59,484 nt of DNA from the NCBI GenBank assembly GCA_036507075.1, contig DASXQR010000069.1:1-59484 (forward strand), in the 5' to 3' direction. Below are positions 19,979 to 30,642 of this stretch, piece after piece (the first letter of the stretch is position 1; the number at the start of each line of letters is the position of its first letter). Made by a program: the position numbers and the translations under genes. A model generated the notes under the pieces. The model ran no database searches. It saw only the letters and a program-made list of their open reading frames with translations, and was not told where the DNA came from. Origin of the DNA: Acidobacteriota bacterium. GTDB lineage: Bacteria > Acidobacteriota > UBA6911 > JACQSX01.

Positions 19979-21304
19979 ATGGCTCATATAATCGGTACCA
20001 ATATTCTTGCTCTTATATTTGTTCTGGGCGTGATGATCTTCGTTCATGAGTTCGGGCATTATGTCGTGGCCAAACTGCTGAAGATCCGCGTCGACGTTTT
20101 CTCGCTGGGTTTTGGTCCCCGTTTGTTCGGTTTTCGAAAAGGGGACACGGATTATCGAGTGAGCGCGCTTCCCCTGGGCGGCTACGTCAAGATGGCGGGC
20201 GAAAACTTTGACGAGGAATTGACCGGGGCTGAGGACGAATTCCTTTCCCGCCCGAAATCACACCGTATGGCCGTCGCCATCGCGGGCCCGCTGATGAACT
20301 TTCTGCTGGCCATTGGTTTGCTGGCGGGAAACCTCATCCTGGGAGTGCAGATTCCCGCCTACCTTTACGAACCACCCATAATCGGAGCAATTGATCCCCA
20401 TTCTCCCGCCGAAAGAGCAGGCCTGAGGGTCGGAGATCGAATTCTATCCATCGGGAATTCGAAGACTCAAAACTGGGAGGATGTAACCTTTGCCACCGGC
20501 GCATCGGCGCGCAGGCCGCTGCCCTTCCGGATTCAGCGCGACGGAAAACAGCTTACCGGCTCGATCACTCCCGAACCGGCGCCCGACACGCAACTGGGAT
20601 GGATCGGCGTGGGGCCGCTCTTCCCGTCCATTGTAGGCAGCGTGGAACCCGGAAGCCCTGCGGATCGCGCAGGCCTGAAGCCGCGTGACGAGATCATAAA
20701 AGTGAAATCTCCAACCCGAGAGGTATTCACTTTTTCACAGGCACGCGCCTTGATCGCCGAGAATGAAGGAAAACCGCTTGAATTTACCATCCGCCGGGGA
20801 AAGGAGACTCTGCAGAAAACCATCATTCCGCAGAAGATCGCTGGAGACGTTCGTATCGGATACGTTCCCGAGCCGCCACCGTTGATGACCAAGAAATTCG
20901 GCGCGCTGGACGCCATCCGTGAATCGATACAACGCAATTACCGGCTCACACTGTTGACGTTTAACATCGTGGGAAAAATTCTGACCGGTGACGCCAGCAT
21001 TCGCACCATTTCCGGCCCGATTGAGATCGCGCGGTATTCCGGAGAAGCTGCGCGGCGGGGCGCCAGCATCATGATGGAATTCATGGCGATGATTTCTCTT
21101 CAGCTTGGAATCTTCAACCTGTTCCCGATACCGATCCTGGACGGGGGAGTAATCTTCCTGCTGCTGGTTGAAAGCCTGATCCGCCGGGACCTCAGCCTTC
21201 AGGTAAAAGAGCGCATCTTCCAAATCGGTTTTATCTTCATCATCCTGCTGATGGGGATTGTGCTCTTCAACGACCTGAACAAGAGCTTGACGCTGTTTAA
21301 ATAA
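19979..21304 (+). CDS. rseP: RIP metalloprotease RseP
   Basis: HEFGH, PLGGYVKM, two PDZ domains, NLFPIPILDGG; follows dxr. Confidence 0.97.
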   Translation: MAHIIGTNILALIFVLGVMIFVHEFGHYVVAKLLKIRVDVFSLGFGPRLFGFRKGDTDYRVSALPLGGYVKMAGENFDEELTGAEDEFLSRPKSHRMAVAIAGPLMNFLLAIGLLAGNLILGVQIPAYLYEPPIIGAIDPHSPAERAGLRVGDRILSIGNSKTQNWEDVTFATGASARRPLPFRIQRDGKQLTGSITPEPAPDTQLGWIGVGPLFPSIVGSVEPGSPADRAGLKPRDEIIKVKSPTREVFTFSQARALIAENEGKPLEFTIRRGKETLQKTIIPQKIAGDVRIGYVPEPPPLMTKKFGALDAIRESIQRNYRLTLLTFNIVGKILTGDASIRTISGPIEIARYSGEAARRGASIMMEFMAMISLQLGIFNLFPIPILDGGVIFLLLVESLIRRDLSLQVKERIFQIGFIFIILLMGIVLFNDLNKSLTLFK

Positions 21305-21329
21305 AAGCCGGCCTAAGTCAGGCTGGCTT
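21305..21329. terminator. Hairpin between convergent genes, possible intrinsic terminator
   Basis: AAGCCGGCCT-AAGTC-AGGCTGGCTT, preceded by an A-run (U-tract on the minus strand). Confidence 0.5.
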
Positions 21330-21351
21330 CACTCACTTCTCCCTCAGCAAT

Positions 21352-22533
21352 CTATGCTTCGCGGCTAAAGCTGGCGGGTTCGATGATTTTGAACTTCTGC
21401 TTCAGCGTATTGGTGATCAGGGCGAGGATGGAAAGCACGCTTTCCTCAAAGTTGATGTTCTCGATGATGTGAATTCCATACCGCTCGGACATCTCGATGA
21501 TGTAATCCTGAATTTCAAGAATGGCATCGAAATTCGCCAGATATCGATCCGCCTGGCGGCTTTGCGCTTCGGCTTGCCGCTGCACAAAACGCTCCCGGTA
21601 CTTGGAGCGGTTCAAAGTCGTGATGGTCAACGGTATGACGTAAGCGACCTCGGAATACACGTCGTAGTCGATCAGACCCGGAACCAGGTGGACCCCATCC
21701 ACCACCAGGCTGATGTTCTCTTCGACCGAGCGTTCGATCATGGCCTTGACGCCGGCGCAAACTTTTGAAGCCTGTTCCTCGAACGCTTCTACAACACGCG
21801 ACTTGGAAGGATGGAGGAATTTCTGATCTTTCCAGGCTTCGTAAGAAGAATGATGGATGGACGGGAGCAGTTCCAGGCTGAACATCATGCGCATGATCTG
21901 GCGCACCGTGTCGGTGCTGAGCAGCTTTCTAATTGCCAGGCGATGCGCCACTTCTGTGGCCAGAGACGACTTCCCCGTTCCGGTGGCGCCTCCAAAAAGA
22001 ATGATGATCGGCTTGTCCGGCGATCGAAAGCGACGCCACAGAAGGTAGCGCTCTGCGTATTGGCGTCCTTGCGCCTTGAGAATGGTCTGACAGATTAACT
22101 CGCGGAGCTCTTCGCGGTTGATGTAGGGTCGATTGGCGCGCAGCAGGCCCAATTCTATGTCGCGGGCCACATCGTATGAAATAGCCGGATCGAGGCCTGA
22201 GGCCTGCAGCGACTGCGAAAGAAGTCCTTTTGAAAATGGGCTCTCGCCTCTTTTGTCGCGTACCTGGATCGTGTGGTCCTGCGACAGCACGGCGTCGGGC
22301 TCGTGCAGCGAAACATCGCCCAGGCGCTCATGTACAACCTTCTGGATGAGCTTGGAGAGATCCTCCTTGCTGATTTCCTTCTGGGGCCCAATCTGCTTGC
22401 GGACCAGCGTGGAAATCTCATAGGCCTGATCGAAGTTCAGGCCGCGCTTCACCAGCGAATGGGTGACCATTCCCCGCAAAAAGGGGATCCGATGGTCCCC
22501 CTCAATTACGTAGATATCATGGGCTTTACCCAT
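21352..22533 (-). CDS. 2-phosphoglycerate kinase-like P-loop protein with two ATP-cone domains
   Basis: PFLRGMVTHSL and PFSKGLLSQSL cone repeats, GGATGTGKS, STDTVRQIMR, VDGVHLVPG. Confidence 0.85.
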   Translation of the reverse strand: MGKAHDIYVIEGDHRIPFLRGMVTHSLVKRGLNFDQAYEISTLVRKQIGPQKEISKEDLSKLIQKVVHERLGDVSLHEPDAVLSQDHTIQVRDKRGESPFSKGLLSQSLQASGLDPAISYDVARDIELGLLRANRPYINREELRELICQTILKAQGRQYAERYLLWRRFRSPDKPIIILFGGATGTGKSSLATEVAHRLAIRKLLSTDTVRQIMRMMFSLELLPSIHHSSYEAWKDQKFLHPSKSRVVEAFEEQASKVCAGVKAMIERSVEENISLVVDGVHLVPGLIDYDVYSEVAYVIPLTITTLNRSKYRERFVQRQAEAQSRQADRYLANFDAILEIQDYIIEMSERYGIHIIENINFEESVLSILALITNTLKQKFKIIEPASFSREA

Positions 22534-22646
22534 GAACTTATTTTAGACGATTTGGTAATGGAAGGTTAACAAAAGACACCGCGACTGGCGGGTCCCTCGC
22601 TGCATCCGGGCTCTGACATGGCGGGTGACCGACCGCTATGGGAGAC

Positions 22647-22988
22647 TCACTTGCGGAAGCTCTGAAGGGCCTGGGCCTCATTCTCGTAGCTTTCAAAGAC
22701 GGTAAGCAGTTTGGTGATTGCGAGCAGTTCGTGCAGCTTTTTGGTGAGGTTTAAGAGCTTTAACTGGCCGCCCTGATTGGTCACATTGGTATACGCGCTT
22801 ACAAGCTCACCGATTCCCGAGCTGTCCATGTAGCTGACGTCGCCCATGTTCAACAGAATATTCTTTTGCCCTGACTTCACCAACTCTCGAATTTTGTTGC
22901 GGAGGTCGACGCTGCTTTCACCGATCGTAATCTTTCCGCTGAGATCCAGGATGGTGACGCCATCAGTATTTCTCGTTTCGATATTCAT
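22647..22988 (-). CDS. STAS-domain anti-sigma factor antagonist (RsbV/SpoIIAA-like)
   Basis: [13 protein letters not shown] phosphorylation motif. Confidence 0.93.
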   Translation of the reverse strand: MNIETRNTDGVTILDLSGKITIGESSVDLRNKIRELVKSGQKNILLNMGDVSYMDSSGIGELVSAYTNVTNQGGQLKLLNLTKKLHELLAITKLLTVFESYENEAQALQSFRK

Positions 22989-23011
22989 TTTTGATCTCCT
23001 TCCAAGTCGAT

Positions 23012-23437
23012 TTAAGTCGGTGCTCTTTTCATCATGCGGAGCCGGGTTCCCCCTGCGGGGCTGCGGAGGAAATTAACCTGGTCCATAAATGATTTCACGA
23101 AAAATATCCCTCTTCCAGAGGGTTTCAAAAGATTCTCCGGAGCAAGCGGGTCGGGAAGACTTTCCGGATCGAATCCCCTCCCCTCGTCGTCAATACTGAT
23201 CACCAGCCGATCCACGTAGATCTCAAAGGTGACATCCACCTTCTTTCCTTCCTGGTACTGGTTGCCGTGACGTATCGCATTGATCATTGATTCGCGAACG
23301 GACATTCCTATCCAGTGCGCCGAGTCCTCATCGAAACGCATCATCTTTGTGATGTTGTCCGTCAAAGCCTGTACAAGCTCGACTGAATTGAGACTGCTCT
23401 CCACTCTGATTTCGACCAGACTGGCGCGCGAACTCAT
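23012..23437 (-). CDS. Anti-sigma factor Ser/Thr kinase (RsbW-like, HATPase_c_2)
   Basis: [29 protein letters not shown]. Confidence 0.92.
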   Translation of the reverse strand: MSSRASLVEIRVESSLNSVELVQALTDNITKMMRFDEDSAHWIGMSVRESMINAIRHGNQYQEGKKVDVTFEIYVDRLVISIDDEGRGFDPESLPDPLAPENLLKPSGRGIFFVKSFMDQVNFLRSPAGGTRLRMMKRAPT

Positions 23438-23530
23438 AAAGTTCGTGGAATCTTATATTAAAGCAGAGTGCGCCACTATACCGGCTGCGCTGCGCACTGT
23501 CAATTATCAGTTAGACATATATTGCGGCCA

Positions 23531-23790
23531 CGAGTTCCGGGTTCCGGGTTCCGAGTTGCCAGCGCGGATTATTCGTAAATCTTCACCGCCAAGAACGCTA
23601 AGAGCGCTGAGAGAAGCGCCAAGGACGGGGGCTGAAACTTGAAGCATGAAGGCCATCAACGCTTTTTTCCGTCTGCGTAGTGTCTTCATGCTTCAAGTTT
23701 CAGCCCCCGTCCTTGGCGCTCTCCTGGCGGTCTTGGCGGTCTTCGCGGTTAAGCTTTTGCGAATAATCCAGGCTGGCAACTCGAAACTCG
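23531..23790. repeat. Composite ~260-bp fold-back (family G outer, family H inner, perfect 37-bp core inverted repeat)
   Basis: 23615-23651 is the exact reverse complement of 23684-23720; outer CGAGTTGCCAGC..GGATTATTCG / CGAATAATCC..GCTGGCAACTCG. Confidence 0.93.
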
Positions 23791-23870
23791 CGCAACGCTG
23801 CGCAAGGCGGCAAAATGCCCCCATGCTAGAATTACCCTCGAGCTAAGTTATTTAGAACATTACTCTTCAC

Positions 23871-26800
23871 ATGGCACGCTCGACCCGGCTATTAAAGATT
23901 GCATTGCTGCTGGCAGCAGCGCTGGTGCTGGCGATCGTCTTGATCGGCCTTTACCTGTGGCGCGGCGGTACGGTGGATCGCTTTGCCCGAGGCCGCATCA
24001 TCGAGTACCTGGAGAGTCAATACCACGTCAAAGTCGACATTGACTCCGTGCATGTGGATTTGAAACGAAACCGTCTCGTGCTGAAAGGCATCAAAATAAA
24101 CAACCAGCGATACCCCTCCGATCCTCCCCCGATACACATCCGGGAATTAGAAGTTGAATTCATGTACAGCTTGTGGAGTCGAAACTACCGGCTGGGGGAT
24201 ATTTTTGTCCGCTACCCGACCGTGCGGGTCCTGGAAGATCCCAATGGACTTCTTAATCTCACCAACATGTTCGAGCCGCACCGAAAAACTGAAGTGAAGT
24301 TTTCGCTGGCCAATGTGGGGACGATCTCCATTGAAAACGGCAACGTTTTTTACGTGAACCAATGGATTCCACTGGAAACCCGCGGTGGGGGTCTGCAGTC
24401 CAAGTTTTTCTACAGCCCGGTGGACGACATTTACCGGCTGGAGCTGAGGCTGGGCGAGCTGGCGCTCACAAAAGCGCAACAGCGATTGCGAGCGATCAAG
24501 CTTCAGGCCGACTTCCGTTTGAAGAATGAAGTGTTCTCCTTTCGCAAGCTGGATTTTCAAAGCGACCTTGGCGAGCTGCATTCCAGCGAGGCTTCATTTA
24601 ATTACCACACGCTGCAGTACCGATTCCGCGGCAACAGCCGCATTAACCTGAACCGGTTGACCTATGCCGGTTTTCGCAAAGCCGCGATGCATGGGGTGGT
24701 CGACTTCTCGGGCACCGTGCTGGGCGTCAAATCCAGATTTGAATTTGCCGGGAAGTTTAACAGCAGCCGGCTCCTGGTGCGCGAATACACCTTTGACCGG
24801 CTGTCCGGTGATCTTCGCGCGGACTCATCAAAGCTGCGAAGCGATAACCTTCAAGGACAGATCTTTGGCGCGCCGTTCAACGCAAAACTCCTGCTGGTCT
24901 TCAGCAACCGCGGCATGTCGGAGGCAGAGGGTTCGGTGCGTGGCGCCAGGATTGAAACCTTCCTGGCGAAACTGAACTTCCCGTTTTCAAACATCTCCGG
25001 AAGCGCCGACGCCCGATTTCTACTTCGTTGGCCCGGTTTGAATTTCGAAGATTCCACCGGCAGCGGCGTGGTGAATTACTCAGGAAGAATCACCGCCGCC
25101 TCGGATGTCCGCAAGTACTTCCCGGGATCTTTGACAGAATCCCTTCCGTACCAGGGATCGGCGTCGTTTACAAAAGGCGGCGCGGCTCTGAACGTACAGA
25201 AGGGAGTGGTCACAACGCCAGGCAGCCGAATTGATTACAGCGGCAGTGTCACTCTGGCCGGCGCTTATGACCTGAGAGTGAAACTGCACTCTGCCAATAC
25301 GGATGAGCTGATTCGTGCCGCCGGACTTTTTGACGCGGAAGCCAGGCGCCAGTTGGAGCAACGCGCAGTCAGATCCGGTGCGGCCTTTGATTTCGAGGGC
25401 ACTCTTTCCGGTGTGAAGTCACAGTACCGCCTTGCCGGAAACGTCATTTCGCCGTTTCTCCAGGTAAAGCAGGTCCGGCTTTCCAACATCAGCGCCGCTC
25501 TGGAGCTGACACCGCGCTTTGTGCATCTTGAAAATGCCAGCGTGCAGTTCGGACGCAGCCGCATTACGGGATCTATCCGCTATCCATTCATCACTAGAGG
25601 GGAAAGGATTCAGGTTGACGCCACCGTCCAGAACGCGCAACTGGAGGACCTGCTGGCGCTGGCCAACTCCAGGCTGCCGTTAGGGGGTCTGGTAAACGCG
25701 CGCATACAGGTAAGCGGCCCGGATCTGCAGCACATGGACGGAAAGGCTCCCCTAGTGGTGGATCATCCCACGTTTTTCGGCGAGCCCTTTGACCGGCTGA
25801 CCGCAGATTTGATTTTCCGGGAATCGGTGTACGAGGTGCAGAATTTTCGACTGGTTAAAGGGAGAGGCCTGGTTACAGGGACAATCGCCGGGAATGTCGA
25901 CGGCAGCAGTTTCAACGTGGATCTGAGCGGTCGTGACATTCTGCTCACTTCCATTCGCGGCGGAAACCTGCAGGGTTACCAGTTGGGTGGTGTGCTCAAT
26001 TTCACCATTCGCGGCAACGGCACGCTGCAGAACTTGAATCATACTCTTCATGCGGAAGTCCGCGCCTTCACCGTTCAGGGAGAGCATCTGCAAAATCTCG
26101 TAGTGGATGCAAAGGCAGAAGGAAAACGCGTCGATTTCACGGCCGTCACCAATTACTTGAATAATCGACTGGAGGCGCGGGGCCATGTGCTTGTGACTGA
26201 CGACTATCCGTTTCAGGCCACGATGGATCTGCGAAACGCTCCTATTCGACCTTATATGGCGCTCTTCGGACAGCGACCAAAGGCCGATCTGTCCGGACTG
26301 GCAACTGGCCGCGTGCAGGCTTCCGGCAAGCTGAAGAGGCTGGAGGATGCCTCGATAGAAGCCCGCCTTTCATCCCTGCAACTGGCCGTCAACCGTTACC
26401 AGCTTCGAAATCAGGGCGAAGTCGTGCTGCGCTTTGAACAGGGGGTGCTTGATATCAAGCCGGTAAAGATGGTCGGGCCGGACACGTCGCTGACGCTCTC
26501 GGGTCAGGTATCCACTCTGGGAACACAGCCGGTCAGTTTGAGAATTTCCGGGAATGCCAACCTGCTGGTGCTGAGCGCCTTCGTTCCGGACTTAAACGCG
26601 CGCGGCAACGTGTCGTTGAATGTCTATGCGAGCGGCAGCATGCGGCAACTCAGGATTCTGGGCAGCGCGAATTTCAACAAGGTCTATCTGGCCCAACCTG
26701 GATGGCCCACTCCGCTGTTTGATACCAGCGGCTCGCTCCGTTTCACCGCCAACCAGGTATCCATCGAGTCGATCACGGCCAAAACACGTTACGGCACTCT

Positions 26801-27818
26801 GCATATTGAAGGAGGCTTGTTCCTGGAAGGACTCGTCCCGTCGCGCGGGAGACTGAACATAACCGGTGAAGGCCTCCGCATCGAATACCCTCAGGACGTC
26901 AAGTCCACCGTCGATATCGATGTCGACTTTTTGAAGAGCTCAACCAACCAGCTCCTGAGCGGAGCAATTTATATTCGAAACTCCGAGTACATTAAAAACA
27001 TCACTCTGGCCGACCTGGTCTTGCAGATTTCAAATTTCCGGGCTCTTCCTCCCGCCCGCGCGTACGGACGGCAGGAGATCAATCTCGATCTGGACGTGGA
27101 AGCTTATAAATCGATCCGAATCAAGAACAGCCTGGCCGACGTTCTTGCCAGCGGTCTTTTCAACGTGCGTGGAACGATTGACGAGCCGGTCATTCTGGGA
27201 AGAATGAATGTCGATCAGGGTAAGCTCGTCCTTCAGGACAGCAAATACCAAATCTCGCGCGGATCCATCACATTTAACAATCCCAGGAAAACCACTCCGG
27301 TGCTGGACTTCGAAGCAGAGACCAGCGTGCGCGACTATACGGTTACAATTAATCTTCGCGGGCCACTGGACCACCTCACTACAACCTTCCGGTCCGATCC
27401 GCCTTTGACGACCTCGGACATTGTAAGCATGCTGGCGATCGGACGCCCCATCCAGGAAGTGGCGCGAGACAGCAGGAATCGCGAGCAGCAGAGCCAGACC
27501 CTGGCTTTTCACGGCGCTACTACTCTGCTCAGCCGCAGCCTGACCGACAAGCTGACGGCGCGCAGCACGCGACTGTTCGGTTTTGATCGCTTTACTATCG
27601 ACCCCTTCCTGTTCACGGGTCAGAATCCGAGTGCCCGCGTAACTCTGGGCAAACAAATCTCGAAAGATGTTGCCGTCATTTTTGCCACCGACCTTTCCTC
27701 CACACAAAGCGAAGTGGTCACCATCGAATACACGATCCGTGAAGGCATTACCCTCGTAGCTACCCGGACAGAGTCGGGAGCGTTCGGCCTGGACGTAAAA
27801 CTGCGAAAAAGATTTTGA
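23871..27818 (+). CDS. Translocation/assembly module TamB-domain protein
   Basis: N-terminal membrane anchor, 1315 aa beta-rich, C-terminal FRSDPPL..SDIVSMLA and RVTLGKQIS; coupled to an Omp85 gene. Confidence 0.88.
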   Translation: MARSTRLLKIALLLAAALVLAIVLIGLYLWRGGTVDRFARGRIIEYLESQYHVKVDIDSVHVDLKRNRLVLKGIKINNQRYPSDPPPIHIRELEVEFMYSLWSRNYRLGDIFVRYPTVRVLEDPNGLLNLTNMFEPHRKTEVKFSLANVGTISIENGNVFYVNQWIPLETRGGGLQSKFFYSPVDDIYRLELRLGELALTKAQQRLRAIKLQADFRLKNEVFSFRKLDFQSDLGELHSSEASFNYHTLQYRFRGNSRINLNRLTYAGFRKAAMHGVVDFSGTVLGVKSRFEFAGKFNSSRLLVREYTFDRLSGDLRADSSKLRSDNLQGQIFGAPFNAKLLLVFSNRGMSEAEGSVRGARIETFLAKLNFPFSNISGSADARFLLRWPGLNFEDSTGSGVVNYSGRITAASDVRKYFPGSLTESLPYQGSASFTKGGAALNVQKGVVTTPGSRIDYSGSVTLAGAYDLRVKLHSANTDELIRAAGLFDAEARRQLEQRAVRSGAAFDFEGTLSGVKSQYRLAGNVISPFLQVKQVRLSNISAALELTPRFVHLENASVQFGRSRITGSIRYPFITRGERIQVDATVQNAQLEDLLALANSRLPLGGLVNARIQVSGPDLQHMDGKAPLVVDHPTFFGEPFDRLTADLIFRESVYEVQNFRLVKGRGLVTGTIAGNVDGSSFNVDLSGRDILLTSIRGGNLQGYQLGGVLNFTIRGNGTLQNLNHTLHAEVRAFTVQGEHLQNLVVDAKAEGKRVDFTAVTNYLNNRLEARGHVLVTDDYPFQATMDLRNAPIRPYMALFGQRPKADLSGLATGRVQASGKLKRLEDASIEARLSSLQLAVNRYQLRNQGEVVLRFEQGVLDIKPVKMVGPDTSLTLSGQVSTLGTQPVSLRISGNANLLVLSAFVPDLNARGNVSLNVYASGSMRQLRILGSANFNKVYLAQPGWPTPLFDTSGSLRFTANQVSIESITAKTRYGTLHIEGGLFLEGLVPSRGRLNITGEGLRIEYPQDVKSTVDIDVDFLKSSTNQLLSGAIYIRNSEYIKNITLADLVLQISNFRALPPARAYGRQEINLDLDVEAYKSIRIKNSLADVLASGLFNVRGTIDEPVILGRMNVDQGKLVLQDSKYQISRGSITFNNPRKTTPVLDFEAETSVRDYTVTINLRGPLDHLTTTFRSDPPLTTSDIVSMLAIGRPIQEVARDSRNREQQSQTLAFHGATTLLSRSLTDKLTARSTRLFGFDRFTIDPFLFTGQNPSARVTLGKQISKDVAVIFATDLSSTQSEVVTIEYTIREGITLVATRTESGAFGLDVKLRKRF

Positions 27819-30634
27819 TGACATTCTTTCGGAAAATCCTCTTTGCCTGTTTGTTTCTGGCTGCCGGCGCGCCGATGATGGCGCAGGTCACCAGCGCCAA
27901 ATATGAGGGCTATATTGTCGATAACATCAGCATTTCCGCAGACGGTCCCATTACCGGCGTCACATTGGAGGACCTGCAGAAATTGATCGTGGTCAAACAG
28001 GGGGACAAATATGAGGCGATCAAAATCAAGCAGTGCATCCAAAGACTTTCCAACGCCCATTTGTTCTTCGATGTCCAGCCGGATGTGAGCGTGACTTCTC
28101 CCGGTCACGTCTCCATTGATTTCAAAATTACGCGCACCGTTATAGTGAGCCGCATCTCCTTCACCGGCGACAAGAAGCTCGACCCTACGTTGCTGCTGCG
28201 CGAGGTCATGTTTCGGGAGACGGAGGCCTTTGACCGTGAAGCGTTTGATGCCACGCTGGCGCGGCTCGGCGTGTTCTACGATAGGAACGGCTATTTCCGG
28301 AAGGAAATCAAGCCTGAACTCACCTACGACAGGAAGCGCAGCCTGGTGCGCGTCGATTTCGAGATCCATGCAGGTCATCGGGCGCGCGTGGACAGCCTGG
28401 CGCTGGACACCGTCCCTCCGGCAAATCCTGCCGGAATTCAAAAGGAGATGAAAACCCGCCAGGCGAAGAAATACTCGGGCGTGGTGCTGGATGAGGATGT
28501 CCAGAATCTTACGCGTCAATACTCACTGTTGGGCTATCTGAACGTTGACCTGTTCGCCCGTAATGTGGATTACCATCCGGAAACGAATTCTGTAGGCGTG
28601 GCTCTGCGAATCAATCCTAAGGATTTTGTAAATGTCGACATCCGGGGAATAAAGCTTAATCCCGACAAAAAGTGGGAATTGATGCCGCTCTATACCGAGC
28701 GGAGCATCGAACCGGTATTTGTGGAAGAGAGCGGTCAAAACATCGCCCGCTACCTTCAGCAGAAAGGTTATTTTTTTGCTACGGTTAGACCGGCGCTTCG
28801 AAGTGATCCGCCGCGGGCGGTGATTCTGGAAGTGGAGAGCGGAAAAAAATACTCGCTGGCCGATATCAAGTTCGAGAATATCGACCCGGTGGATGAAAAC
28901 GATCTGAAGGCGGTGCTGGCGCTGAGAACGCAAACGTTGTTCTCAAGGGGCGTATACGGCACTGACCTGCTCAACGACGATGCTGAGAGAGTCCGGAATG
29001 TGTTTGTCCGAGAAGGCTATACCGACGCTCAGGTGACGGCCCATGTCGAGCCTCACGACGGCGACGCCGACGTGATTTTCAAGGTGGTTCCCGGCCCCGT
29101 GTTTCACGTCAACTCTATCGAAATTGTGGGAAACAGGGTCTTCACCGACGACTCTCTGATGGGAATGATCCGCAGCAAAGTCGGTGGCGTGTATTCTCCC
29201 TACACCGTCGCGCTTGACCGAAGCGTTCTAATCACCGCCTATGAAAATTCCGGATTCTCCAATATCGATTTTCGTTCGGACATTCACCATCCTTTCCCCG
29301 GGCTGGCGGACATCACTTATTACATAACGGAGGGCGACAGCTACTTCATCGAGAACGTAATCCTGACGGGAAATCTCATCACGCGGGAAAACATCATCCG
29401 ACGTGAATTGACATTTCATGTTGGAGAACCGATTTCACTCGAGAAGCTGCTGACCAGCGAAAGTAACCTTTACAACCTGGGCGTTTTCAATCGCGTGGTG
29501 ATCGAACCGGAGCCGACGTTTCGGGATCCGCTTCAAAAGATTCTGGCGGTCCACCTGGAAGAAGCGGAGCGTCATACACTCAGCTATGGCGTCGGTTATG
29601 AAGATGGCGATGCGCGCGCCACAGTGGGTTTGTCGGACAATAACTTCCTCGGGATGGCTCGCTCTCTGGGAACCGCCCTGAGGCTTGGCACCAGGCAGCA
29701 GCGGGGGCAGATCAGTTACACCATTCCGCGGCCTTTTGACCGCCGTCTGCCGACCATCATCAGCTTGTTCGGCCAGCATGAAAGGAAGAAAAAGGGAGAC
29801 CTGCAGCAGGACGTGGGAAAGCCTTTCGACACCAGACGGTTCAGTGCGCTGCTGCAGTCCGAGCGCAGATTGAACGCCCAGACTTCACTGTTCTTCCGCT
29901 ACAACTACGAGAAGGCAAGCGTCAGCAACCTGGAGAATATCGAGCTTCTGTTCCGGGAAAACCGGCCGGTCCGGCTGTCAAAGCTCTCCGCTTCCTTGCT
30001 TAATGATCGGCGCGATGACCCGCTGAACGCTACCAGAGGGACTTTCAGCAGCATCGATCTGCAACTGATTCCCAGGTTCCTGGGATCACAGTCTCAATTC
30101 TATCGGATATTTCTCCAGCAGCAATACTTCAGACCCATTACCAAGTCGACGGTGTTTGCCACTTCGGCGCGATTTGGGTGGCTCAAGCCTTTTGGAAAGA
30201 ATACCGTCGACAAGACCCTGGCGCCGGAGCTCCAGACGCCGATACCGATCAGCGAGCGCTTTTTCGCTGGAGGCTCCACCTCACTGCGCGGTTTTCGCCT
30301 GGATCAGGCAGGCCCGTTGTTCCCAAAACCGGTACCTGGGAGCGACAAGCCTCTCCGTATCCCCATCGGAGGTAATGCTCTGTTCATCTCGAACAACGAG
30401 CTGCGATTTCCCATTATCGGCTTCATTCACGGCGCGCTGTTTTACGACACCGGCAATGTTTTCCGCGACCTGCGCGACATGTCATTCGGCAAGTTTTCCA
30501 ATGCCGTAGGCTTTGGCTTTAGATTGAATACCCCGGTTGGGCCTGTGCGCGCCGACTTTGGATACAATCTGAACCCGCCTTCGGGAATCAAAAAGGAGCT
30601 GCTGAGATTCTTTACCATCGGACAGACTTTTTAG
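27818..30634 (+). CDS. Omp85 family outer-membrane protein (BamA/TamA) with multiple POTRA domains
   Basis: POTRA repeats, ERFFAGGSTSLRGF, TPVGPVRADFG, terminal IGQTF; TGATG overlap. Confidence 0.92.
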   Translation: MTFFRKILFACLFLAAGAPMMAQVTSAKYEGYIVDNISISADGPITGVTLEDLQKLIVVKQGDKYEAIKIKQCIQRLSNAHLFFDVQPDVSVTSPGHVSIDFKITRTVIVSRISFTGDKKLDPTLLLREVMFRETEAFDREAFDATLARLGVFYDRNGYFRKEIKPELTYDRKRSLVRVDFEIHAGHRARVDSLALDTVPPANPAGIQKEMKTRQAKKYSGVVLDEDVQNLTRQYSLLGYLNVDLFARNVDYHPETNSVGVALRINPKDFVNVDIRGIKLNPDKKWELMPLYTERSIEPVFVEESGQNIARYLQQKGYFFATVRPALRSDPPRAVILEVESGKKYSLADIKFENIDPVDENDLKAVLALRTQTLFSRGVYGTDLLNDDAERVRNVFVREGYTDAQVTAHVEPHDGDADVIFKVVPGPVFHVNSIEIVGNRVFTDDSLMGMIRSKVGGVYSPYTVALDRSVLITAYENSGFSNIDFRSDIHHPFPGLADITYYITEGDSYFIENVILTGNLITRENIIRRELTFHVGEPISLEKLLTSESNLYNLGVFNRVVIEPEPTFRDPLQKILAVHLEEAERHTLSYGVGYEDGDARATVGLSDNNFLGMARSLGTALRLGTRQQRGQISYTIPRPFDRRLPTIISLFGQHERKKKGDLQQDVGKPFDTRRFSALLQSERRLNAQTSLFFRYNYEKASVSNLENIELLFRENRPVRLSKLSASLLNDRRDDPLNATRGTFSSIDLQLIPRFLGSQSQFYRIFLQQQYFRPITKSTVFATSARFGWLKPFGKNTVDKTLAPELQTPIPISERFFAGGSTSLRGFRLDQAGPLFPKPVPGSDKPLRIPIGGNALFISNNELRFPIIGFIHGALFYDTGNVFRDLRDMSFGKFSNAVGFGFRLNTPVGPVRADFGYNLNPPSGIKKELLRFFTIGQTF

Positions 30635-30642
30635 AATTCCTT

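Noticed and set aside
23507..23846. Two small ORFs sharing FMLQVSAPVLGA
   Set aside because: They are the two arms of the 37-bp inverted repeat read on opposite strands.
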